Shown here piece after piece: positions 16,575 through 24,399 of a DNA stretch of 34,141 nt. A model generated the notes under the pieces. That model saw only the letters and a program-made list of their open reading frames with translations. It was not told the DNA's origin and did not search any database. Made by a program: the position numbers and the translations under genes. The stretch's first letter is position 1. The number at the start of each line of letters is the position of its first letter. Source of the stretch: an uncultured Victivallales bacterium (GTDB lineage Bacteria; Verrucomicrobiota; Lentisphaeria; Oligosphaerales; JAFGRS01); assembly GCA_903933565.1 (NCBI GenBank), contig CAIZKT010000176.1, forward strand, positions 1 to 34,141, given 5' to 3'.

Positions 16575-18887
16575 TCATCCCCTATGGCTGAAGAACCCCG
16601 CCGCACGCCGCACGCCGGGCAGGACGAAGGCGAGCACGATCAGCCCGCTGGCCGCAACGGCGACTCCCAAGGCTGCCTTGAACCACGGGCGGAGGTAGAA
16701 GGTCCAGGCAAACAGCCGGTTGAAGGGGACCTGCAACCCGTGCCAGTCGTACATGTGCGTCACCGCCGACCGGGAAGTGAGCAGCGGCCCGGCCGCCGGG
16801 ACCGTACCGAACAACAGCGCCGCCGTGGGCGAATGGCAATCGGTACAGCCGCCGCTGCCCAGGGCGCGTCTCGCCGGGCGCACGTCGTGGGCGACGGCCC
16901 AGGCACAGGGCTCCGCCGCGGGGTCCGTCACCGCCTCCAGGGACAGGCCGCCGCTGGCCGTAAGCCGGAAGAGCTTCCCCGAGCTGACGTAGCCGTAGGA
17001 CACGCCCGGCACCTTCTCCGCCGCCGCCAGGACCTGCAAGACACGCGCGACCTGATCCTCGTTGAAGGCCTCCTCGCGCCCCGTCGTCGCCGCTACCGCC
17101 GCCAACACGAATTCCGGCAGCAGCGGCACGATCTCGGCGCCCCGTTGCCAGGCCCACCCGCTGAGTTTAGGGGCCGTCTCCAAGGGGGTCACCTCGAGGG
17201 CGCCATGGCTCGCTGCGTAGCGTTTGCGGCCCGCGAGCAGCAGCGGTTGTCCGGGCGCGTCAGGCCACTGCGACAGGGCCTGCAGCGTCCCCAGCAACCG
17301 CGCCGCGAGCGCGGAGTCGAGCTCCACTGCTGGGTCGAAATCGGGGACCAGTGGCGTCAGCCCGCCGGGGCCCAGCCAGGCCCACCAGCCGCCGCCGCGA
17401 GTGCCCGCTGGCGCCGGACGGGCTTGCAGGCGGCCGTCCGCGGTGGGCTCATAGAGCGAGTTGCCCAGGACCAGTACCGTCGCCTCAGATGTCTCTGCAA
17501 CCCGCCCCAGCGCCGCCAGGATGCCGCTGACTTGGTGGCCCGCATCCAGAATGCCTTTGCCCGCCGTCGCCAGCGCTTCCGGACGGAGCGGCGTCGCCTT
17601 GCCAGCCTCGATCCTGGCCCAGAATGCCGGCCAGGCCATCCGGTGCGGTGCGATGCGGCCATCCAGCGTCTTCATGAACACCGGTTCGACGATCTGGGGA
17701 GCGTCGGTGTACCACTGCGCCCGGCCGTGGATGCCGAGACGGTTGGCCCGCGCGGTACGTACCCTGCGCGGTACGTTCTCCGGCCAGAACCCCGAATGGC
17801 AGGCCGTGCAGGAGAGCGTCTCGAAATGGCTCGGCGGCAGTCCCCGATGCCGTGGGCGCGGCGCCCCGAGCCGCCCGGCCGTCCCAGCCCCGGCTTGACC
17901 CGTGCCCAGGTGACAACCCCGGCAGGAAAACTCGGCCGAACCGCGCGCTTGGCCAACCGCGGCCTCGCCCTCGTAGCCACGGATAGGCTGGTGGTCGGCG
18001 CCGTTGCGATGACAGTCGACGCACTGCAGGCCGGCCCGGGTGTGGACATCCCCGTCAACCTGCCAGCGCTCCGTCTTGACCGGCGCAACCGAGTGGCAGA
18101 ACAGGCAGTTGCGGTCCGGCGGGCGGTAGCTCAGATCCACCAGCACCCGGTGCTTGGGATCGAACTGGCCAAGATCGTAGCGGACATAGGGCGGAACCGC
18201 ATACTGGTGATCGTCGGGGTTGGGCCCATCGATCAGGCGCCAGCTCTCGCGCACCCGCGAGGCCATACCGCCGACCTCGCCAAAGCCGTCGGCGGCGGTG
18301 GCGGCCCAGCGAAAATTCTCCCGCCCGATCTGCTTGGCCCACTCGCTCGGATCCTGCCGCGGGGAAGCGCCATGGCAGGCCTGGCAGTGAATTTCGACCT
18401 TCCCCGAGACCTCCCAACGCGCCCCCGGGTCAGCCAGCTCGTCGACCGGGTCGCCCCAGCCGCCGCCCGGGAAGTGCCGTCCCCATAACGTCGTACACTG
18501 CCAGGGGGTCAACCCCAGAGCCGCCGGCGTCCACGTCTGCGGCCAGCCGTGCCCCGACACCGGCACCTGTGTCCCGCTCGCCGGGTCCACCCAGAACCAC
18601 GGCTGAGCCGGGCGCCCCAGACGCGCCGCCGGCGTCTCCGGACTGAAGTGGAAGCCGCCCGCGACGGCCGCATAATCATGGCAAGACCCGCAGGTCTGGC
18701 GCGCGGAATACGGCGGCGCGCCCGGCGCGCTCGGCACGATGGCATCGCCCGCCTCGTCGACCAGCACCAACCGGTGTACCGGCGTGGTACGGCTGCCGTC
18801 CCATTCCCCCGCCCGCCCGGACGGTTCCTGGGAACGTGCCGCGCCAACCAGGAGCAGCAGAACAACGGCGGCAGCAGGCAGGTTCAA
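16575..18887 (-). CDS. Membrane-anchored periplasmic multiheme cytochrome c (7 CxxCH)
   Basis: Sec-type signal peptide (...VGAARS). Motifs CGSCH, CQACH, CLFCH, CVDCH, CRGCH, CTACH and CTDCH. C-terminal TM helix. TTG start overlaps the upstream TGA (TTGA). Confidence 0.9.
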   Translation of the reverse strand: MNLPAAAVVLLLLVGAARSQEPSGRAGEWDGSRTTPVHRLVLVDEAGDAIVPSAPGAPPYSARQTCGSCHDYAAVAGGFHFSPETPAARLGRPAQPWFWVDPASGTQVPVSGHGWPQTWTPAALGLTPWQCTTLWGRHFPGGGWGDPVDELADPGARWEVSGKVEIHCQACHGASPRQDPSEWAKQIGRENFRWAATAADGFGEVGGMASRVRESWRLIDGPNPDDHQYAVPPYVRYDLGQFDPKHRVLVDLSYRPPDRNCLFCHSVAPVKTERWQVDGDVHTRAGLQCVDCHRNGADHQPIRGYEGEAAVGQARGSAEFSCRGCHLGTGQAGAGTAGRLGAPRPRHRGLPPSHFETLSCTACHSGFWPENVPRRVRTARANRLGIHGRAQWYTDAPQIVEPVFMKTLDGRIAPHRMAWPAFWARIEAGKATPLRPEALATAGKGILDAGHQVSGILAALGRVAETSEATVLVLGNSLYEPTADGRLQARPAPAGTRGGGWWAWLGPGGLTPLVPDFDPAVELDSALAARLLGTLQALSQWPDAPGQPLLLAGRKRYAASHGALEVTPLETAPKLSGWAWQRGAEIVPLLPEFVLAAVAATTGREEAFNEDQVARVLQVLAAAEKVPGVSYGYVSSGKLFRLTASGGLSLEAVTDPAAEPCAWAVAHDVRPARRALGSGGCTDCHSPTAALLFGTVPAAGPLLTSRSAVTHMYDWHGLQVPFNRLFAWTFYLRPWFKAALGVAVAASGLIVLAFVLPGVRRAAGFFSHRG

Positions 18888-20251
18888 GCGAGGAACTCCC
18901 GTTCGCCGAAGCGGAGCTTCCGCGCCTGCTCGACGGCGTCATTGACGCGCAGGACCGCCACCGCGGTCTCGTAGCCGACCTCGGCCGGGCAGTTCAACGG
19001 GACGCCGAAACGGATGGCGTTGAAAAAGTTCTCGAGGTGCGGCTGATGCGCCGGCTTGGCCAATTCGACGGGCAACGGCCAACTGCCGGCCTCCATGGTC
19101 ACCCGAACATCAACCGTCACGTCCCGGGTGGCGGCGCGCACGATCGGGGCCTTCACCGGGCTTAACAGACCCATCTTGACGTACGGATCCCAGTCGGGAG
19201 CATGCGGTTCGCGCAAGGCGGCGTTGCCGCGGGTCGGGACTTCCGAGATCACCAGCGAGCCGTCCTCGCCCATGAAGGTCTCGTAGAAGCCGCCGTGGGA
19301 GCTGGTGGTCAACACCTGGTAGAAAGCGCGCGCCGTCCCTTCCGGCGTCTCATAGTCGAAGATCGCCAGCACGTTGTCGTACCACTCGTGGAGTTTGTAG
19401 AAGTCCACCCCGCCAGCCGCCGTCACGGCGCTCGGGTTACAGCCGAAGACCCAGGTGAAGACATCTATCTGGTGCGAGCCGAGATCAACGATCGGGCCGC
19501 CGCCGTACTTCTTGTACCAGCGCCAGTTACGGAACTGCGACATGGAGTCGTAGCCGTACTTCTCGAGGGTCTCCGCCGGGAGCGGGCTGCGCTCCGGCCA
19601 ACCAAGGTCAGCGCTCCTGGCGCGGTTCCACTGCCCGTAGGCATGGGTGACCCGGCCAAGCAGCTTGACCTCGCGGATGAGCTTGGTGACCGCGTGGAGG
19701 TAGCGCGGGTTGCTGCGCCGCTGGTGCCCGATCTGCAAGAGTTTGCCCGTCTCTTTCGCGGTCCGCACCATGCTGCGGGCCTTTTCCAGGCTGTTGGACA
19801 TCTCCTTCTCGCAGTACACATGCAACCCGGCGCGCAGGCAGGCGTTGGCATGTTCGGCGTGCATCCAGTCCGGCGTGGCCACGATGACGGCATCCAGGCC
19901 CTTCTCCTTCTCCAGCAACTCCCGGTAATCCTCGTAGACGTTGACCACGTGGCCGTACTTCTTCAGGTAACGGCTGCCGTACTGCTGGCTGTAACCCCAG
20001 ATGTCGCAGACGGCCCGGAAGCGAATACCCGGGATGCGCAAGGCGGCCTCGATCAGGACGCGGCCCTGGGCCCCCACGCCGAGCACCGCCACCTGCAGAT
20101 CGTCGCCCGGGGTTGGGGTCAGGGTAGGCTGCGCCAGCGCGGTCGGCAGCAGGGACGCCGCCGCCAAACCCGCCCCCACGCCAGCCGAGGTCCGCAGAAA
20201 GTCGCGGCGGCTGGCCGCCGACGCGGGCTGGGCTGTCACCTTCTCGTCCAT
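18884..20251 (-). CDS. Tat-exported Gfo/Idh/MocA family NAD(P)-dependent oxidoreductase
   Basis: ATG 20251. Twin-arginine signal SRRDFLR with h-region and ALA cleavage site. Rossmann GVGAQG, VATPDWMH, CEKEM, GHQRRS, NWRWY and GGGPIVDLGSHQID. Confidence 0.93.
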   Translation of the reverse strand: MDEKVTAQPASAASRRDFLRTSAGVGAGLAAASLLPTALAQPTLTPTPGDDLQVAVLGVGAQGRVLIEAALRIPGIRFRAVCDIWGYSQQYGSRYLKKYGHVVNVYEDYRELLEKEKGLDAVIVATPDWMHAEHANACLRAGLHVYCEKEMSNSLEKARSMVRTAKETGKLLQIGHQRRSNPRYLHAVTKLIREVKLLGRVTHAYGQWNRARSADLGWPERSPLPAETLEKYGYDSMSQFRNWRWYKKYGGGPIVDLGSHQIDVFTWVFGCNPSAVTAAGGVDFYKLHEWYDNVLAIFDYETPEGTARAFYQVLTTSSHGGFYETFMGEDGSLVISEVPTRGNAALREPHAPDWDPYVKMGLLSPVKAPIVRAATRDVTVDVRVTMEAGSWPLPVELAKPAHQPHLENFFNAIRFGVPLNCPAEVGYETAVAVLRVNDAVEQARKLRFGEREFLA

Positions 20252-20340
20252 GGCAAGTCCGCCCTTTCGGTTTGGAGCGCCACAGCATAACGTCGCGTCG
20301 CCAGGACCGCAAGACAATCGCGGGCGAGGGCGACGCGGCG

Positions 20341-20375
20341 GTCTGACCTGTCGGACCTGTCTGACCTGTCGGACG
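20341..20375. repeat. 9-bp tandem repeat GTC(T/G)GACCT, about 4 copies
   Basis: gtctgacct gtcggacct gtctgacct gtcggacg, located in the divergent intergenic region. Confidence 0.85.
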
Positions 20376-20446
20376 GGCCTCTGGCGGCGCGCCCGCAGAG
20401 CCGGGCGCCAATCTTCACTGGCATTACCCGCCCCTGTGCCCGTCCG

Positions 20447-20475
20447 TTGCATCCACGGCGGTGGCACGGTATCCT
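20447..20475 (+). promoter_or_regulatory. Putative sigma70 promoter of the first beta-helix gene
   Basis: TTGCAT-N17-TATCCT, about 120 bp upstream of ATG 20597. Confidence 0.45.
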
Positions 20476-20596
20476 TAGGCCCGGCGGAGCGGCGCTGCGG
20501 ACGAGTCCGGCCAGGCTGCGAGTGCGGCTGAGTCCTGAAACGCAAACGAATCAAAAGTGCCGAGGAGCCCGAGCGCGGGCTGAAGGGGGTAGGCAG

Positions 20597-23377
20597 ATGT
20601 TGAAACAACGGGTTCCCGCCGCGATCTCAGGCGGGCTGGTAGCGGCCCTGCTGTCCAGCTGCGGCACCACGGGCGACGCGACGAAGGGAACCGGCGCGCC
20701 GCCGGAACCCAGCGCCTTGCTCTACGTTGCCCCGAACGGCAACGACGCCTGGTCGGGACGATTCGCCACGCCGAACGCGGCCCAGACCGATGGCCCGGTC
20801 GCCACGCTCGAACGCGCCCGCGACGAACTCCGCAAACTGAAGCAGTCCGGAGGCCTGCCGACCGGCCCCTGTGCGGTCGAATTGAGCGGGGGCAGGTACG
20901 AGCTGAAGGTGCCCTTTGAGCTGACCGCCGAGGATTCGGGGACCGAGTCGGGCGCCATCGTGTATCGTGCTAAGCAGGGCGAGGAGGTCCGCCTGGTCGG
21001 CGGCAAGCTGCTCAGCAACTGGCAGCCGGTGACCGATCCGGCCACGCTCGAGCGCCTCGATCCGAGCGCCCGCGGCAAGGTCTTGCAGGCGGACCTGAAG
21101 GCGCTCGGCCTCACCGATCTCGGCGAGGTCACCAGCGCCGGAAAACGTCTCGAGTTCTTCTTTCGGGACCAGCCTATGCCCATCGCCCGCTGGCCCAATG
21201 AGGGCTTCGTCAAGATCGTGGACGTGCTCGGCCAGACCCCGATCGACGTGCGCGGCACCAAGGGCACGAAAGAAGGCATCTTCACCTACGCCGACGACCG
21301 TCCCACGCGCTGGAAGCAGGAGAATGACCTCTGGTTGCACGGCTATTGGTTCTGGGACTGGTCCGACCAGCGCCAGAAGGTCGCCTCCATCGACACCGAG
21401 AAGCGCGTGATCACGCTGGCGCCGCCCGTCCATGCCTACGGTTACCGCGAGGGCCAATGGTTCTACGCCTTCAACGCGCTGGCTGAACTTGACACCCCCG
21501 GCGAGTGGTATCTGGACCGCTCGGCCGGCATCCTCTACTTCTGGCCCCCGGCATCGCTCAAGCAGGGGGCCGCGGTGGTGTCGGTGCTGCCGACGCTGGT
21601 GACACTGAAGGACACCGCGCACATCACCCTGCGCGGTCTGATCTTCGAAGCGGCGCGGGACAACGGGATCGTGATCTCGGGCGGCACGCACAACGAGGTC
21701 GTGGGTTGCACGCTCCGCAACCTCGGGGCCTGGGCGGTCCGGGTCGGTGGCGGCACGGCAAACGGCGTGATCGGCTGCGATATCTACGCCACGGGCGACG
21801 GCGGCATCACCCTCGATGGCGGGGACCGCAAGACACTCACCCCCGCCGGCAACTTCGCGGACAACAACCACATTCATCACTACAGCCGCTGGAACCGCAT
21901 CTGCCGTCCGGGCATCGCGCTGGGCGGCGTCGGCAACCGCGCCACCCACAACCTGATCGACAACGCACCGCATCAGGCGATCTCGTTCGGTGGCAACGAC
22001 CACCTCATCGAGTTCAATGAAATCCACAGCGTCTGCTACGAGTCCAACGACGCCGGGGCCATCTACTCCGGCCGCGACTGGACCATGCGCGGCACGGTCA
22101 TCCGCTACAACTACCTGCATCACATCAATGGCTTCGAGGGCCGCGGCTGCGTCGGCGTCTACCTCGATGACATGTTCTGCGGCACCGAGATCGTCGGTAA
22201 CCTCTTCTACAAGGTGACGCGGGCTGCGTTCGTCGGCGGCGGGCGTGATTGCACCATCGCCAACAACATCTTCGTGGACTGCCCGCCGGCGGTACACATC
22301 GACGCCCGGGCCATGGGTTGGGCCGGCTACCATGCCGACGACTGGGTTAAGGAAGGCACCACGAAGGGCACCCTCTCCGGCATCCGCTACAACGAACCGC
22401 CCTACAGCACCCGCTACCCGAAGCTGATCAACATCCTCGCTGAAGAACCGCACGCGCCGCGCGGCAACCTCGTGGCCCGCAACGTCTGCAGCGGCGGCAC
22501 CTGGGACGAGATCGAGGCGAAGGCGAGACCGCTGGTGACCCTCGAGGACAACCTGGTCGAGGCGGAGCCGGGCTTTGTGAACGCATCCCGAGAGAACTTC
22601 CAGCTCCGCGACGACTCGCCGGCCTACAAGCTGGGGTTTCAGCGTATCCCCCTCGAGCAGATCGGGCTTTACCAGGATGGCCGCCGGGCTTCGTGGCCGG
22701 TGAAACACACAGTCCGCGACATGACTCCCGTGGCGGTCCTGCCCAAGTCCGGCGCCGTACGGACCGGCCCGCCGCCCGTCTTCACCCTGCGCCGCACCAC
22801 GGCGCCGATCCAGATCGACGGCGTCATCGAGCCGCAGGAATGGGCCGGCGCTGACCCGGCCAAGGCGATGGTCGTCGAGCAGGACCTGCAGGGCGAGAAG
22901 GTGAAGCCGGCCAGTCTGGCCTGGTTCGCCTACGACGACCAAGGCCTCGTCGTGGCCATCGATAATGCGGTCAATCCGGCGACTGCGCTGAAGCCCGGCA
23001 ACGAGTGGGGCCGGGACGACGCGGTGGAACTGGCGTTCCGCAACCCCGCTGCCGGCAAGGACGCACCGATTCTCGTGCTGCGCGGCTATCCTTCCGGGCA
23101 CTTCGAGAGCAGTCCGGAAGCCGGGGCGTCGGCGGCGGCCGTGAAGCAGGCGGCTGAGGGCGTGCTCTACGCCGCCAAGGTGGTGGCGGCCGGCCGCTGG
23201 ACGGCGGAGTGGCGGATTCCTTTCGCCGCGCTCGGGATCGACCCAGCGAAGCCACCGAAGCTCGCCTTTAACCTGAGCGTGCGCAAGACCGCCGGGCCAG
23301 ACTGGGTCCTGTGGCAGGGCACCCGGGCCGCAACCTGGGCCGTCGGCAACGCCGGAATGCTTGAACTGGCACGCTAG
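20597..23377 (+). CDS. Lipoprotein with right-handed parallel beta-helix (GH141-like) and C-terminal CBM9/DOMON-like sugar-binding domain
   Basis: Lipobox LSSC. YVAPNGNDAWSG..DGPVATLERARD, ARWPN, ELDTPGEWY, Asn-ladder repeats, DAGAIY and GVYLDD. C-terminal IDGVIEPQEW...YDDQGL...DAVEL...WTAEWRIPFAALG. Confidence 0.8.
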   Translation: MLKQRVPAAISGGLVAALLSSCGTTGDATKGTGAPPEPSALLYVAPNGNDAWSGRFATPNAAQTDGPVATLERARDELRKLKQSGGLPTGPCAVELSGGRYELKVPFELTAEDSGTESGAIVYRAKQGEEVRLVGGKLLSNWQPVTDPATLERLDPSARGKVLQADLKALGLTDLGEVTSAGKRLEFFFRDQPMPIARWPNEGFVKIVDVLGQTPIDVRGTKGTKEGIFTYADDRPTRWKQENDLWLHGYWFWDWSDQRQKVASIDTEKRVITLAPPVHAYGYREGQWFYAFNALAELDTPGEWYLDRSAGILYFWPPASLKQGAAVVSVLPTLVTLKDTAHITLRGLIFEAARDNGIVISGGTHNEVVGCTLRNLGAWAVRVGGGTANGVIGCDIYATGDGGITLDGGDRKTLTPAGNFADNNHIHHYSRWNRICRPGIALGGVGNRATHNLIDNAPHQAISFGGNDHLIEFNEIHSVCYESNDAGAIYSGRDWTMRGTVIRYNYLHHINGFEGRGCVGVYLDDMFCGTEIVGNLFYKVTRAAFVGGGRDCTIANNIFVDCPPAVHIDARAMGWAGYHADDWVKEGTTKGTLSGIRYNEPPYSTRYPKLINILAEEPHAPRGNLVARNVCSGGTWDEIEAKARPLVTLEDNLVEAEPGFVNASRENFQLRDDSPAYKLGFQRIPLEQIGLYQDGRRASWPVKHTVRDMTPVAVLPKSGAVRTGPPPVFTLRRTTAPIQIDGVIEPQEWAGADPAKAMVVEQDLQGEKVKPASLAWFAYDDQGLVVAIDNAVNPATALKPGNEWGRDDAVELAFRNPAAGKDAPILVLRGYPSGHFESSPEAGASAAAVKQAAEGVLYAAKVVAAGRWTAEWRIPFAALGIDPAKPPKLAFNLSVRKTAGPDWVLWQGTRAATWAVGNAGMLELAR

Positions 23378-23403
23378 GCGCCGGGGCGGAATGCCTGTCG
23401 GGC

Positions 23404-23859
23404 TCAGCCTGGGCTGGCGTCGGCGCGGAGAGCCAACCAGGCGTCCATCGGCGTACAGGCCCCCACGGCGGCGGGCGAACGAGCCCGCTGTTCCGTATCC
23501 AGCGTCACAAGGACGGCGCCGTAGCGGATAGCCGTGGCAACATACACGGCGGCGGCACCACGCAGAGAATGCGCCGCCGCCAGGGCGGCGGCCTGCTTGG
23601 CCAGATGCGCGTCCAGAGGAACCGCAACCAAGCCTGGGACCCCGAAGGCCAGGTCCGCCAGCCGCATGGCAAGCTCCTCCTTGCCCGTACTGCGGCGCAC
23701 GGCGGCGGCGACCTCGACCGCCAGCAGCCACGGCTCCACGAGGGGCAGTTCCTGCGTACGGATAGCCTCGAGCAGCGCCCGACTGGCCTCAGAACCCGGT
23801 TCGCTGGCATGACAGGCGCTGACGAAGACGCTGGCGTCAAGCACGAGCAATCGCGGCAT
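23404..23859 (-). CDS. vapC: Type II TA toxin, VapC/PIN domain (probable catalytic Asp-to-Ala substitution)
   Basis: LVLDASVFV, LAVEVAAAV, LRGAAAVYVATA and LVTLD. ATG 23859 follows GAAGG. Confidence 0.88.
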   Translation of the reverse strand: MPRLLVLDASVFVSACHASEPGSEASRALLEAIRTQELPLVEPWLLAVEVAAAVRRSTGKEELAMRLADLAFGVPGLVAVPLDAHLAKQAAALAAAHSLRGAAAVYVATAIRYGAVLVTLDTEQRARSPAAVGACTPMDAWLALRADASPG

Positions 23860-23906
23860 GGGCGAGCACCTTCTGTTGGCGCAGGGAGTGGCTTGAACAG
23901 TCCTGG

Positions 23907-24164
23907 TCAGCGCCGCATGTCGGCCAGCAGTTCCGCTGCCGTCAAGGGAGACTCCCAGCGTCGGCTGACTTCTTCGGTGGCCGTGAAGAACTGCGCCCAG
24001 GCACGGGCCTTGGCATCGGGCGTTGGCAGGGCCTGCTCCACCGGCATAATCAGGCCCACGGCTTTGCCCCGGCAGGTGACTCGGAACGGGCTCCGGTTGA
24101 GCTGCACCGCCCGCATCACGGCCGAGGTCCGGGCTTTGAGCTCGCGAATGCTGATATCGGTCAT
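23907..24164 (-). CDS. Type II TA antitoxin, Phd/YefM family
   Basis: MTDISIRELKARTSAVMRAV...FRVTCRGKAVGLIMP is a Phd-type N-terminus; the gene lies upstream of the PIN toxin. Confidence 0.9.
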   Translation of the reverse strand: MTDISIRELKARTSAVMRAVQLNRSPFRVTCRGKAVGLIMPVEQALPTPDAKARAWAQFFTATEEVSRRWESPLTAAELLADMRR

Positions 24165-24192
24165 GGTCAACCATCCTGGCGCGCCTGGCGCG

Positions 24193-24214
24193 TTGTAGCT
24201 ACCAATGTAGTCAC
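24193..24214 (-). promoter_or_regulatory. Putative TA autoregulatory operator overlapping a -10 element
   Basis: Minus strand GTGACTACATTGGTAGCTACAA: perfect palindrome GTAGCTAC (24195-24202), a second imperfect copy GTGACTAC, and a TACATT -10-like hexamer. Confidence 0.55.
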
Positions 24215-24399
24215 TCAGGTCCTGGATTCCCAGCTGAAGATGAGAAGTGGGTTTCGTCCGGAGGTGTTGCCCGAGGTGTACAGTAAGGGACCCTCAGACA
24301 TGAGTAGGTCGGGCCAAGCGCCGCGGCGGAAGACCTTGCAGGGGGGCGGGCAGCCTCACCTTCTCTGGGGCAGCCAGGAGTATCGAAAGGAGCGTCCAG

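Noticed and set aside
20252-20608. 119-aa N-terminal extension of the Gfo ORF (track start 20608)
   Set aside because: The Tat signal begins just after ATG 20251. The extension is low-complexity, translates the 9-mer repeat and overlaps the start of the divergent gene.
20627-23731. 1034-aa antisense ORF, and other long shadow ORFs such as 16584..18488, 24970..26556, 8446..9768, 10101..11390 and 2112..3293
   Set aside because: They lie opposite well-supported genes, have no recognisable motifs, and are expected from stop-codon scarcity at high GC.
23860-24174. 256-aa long form of VapC overlapping the antitoxin
   Set aside because: The PIN domain starts at ATG 23859 with its own RBS; the extension is an alternative frame of the antitoxin gene.
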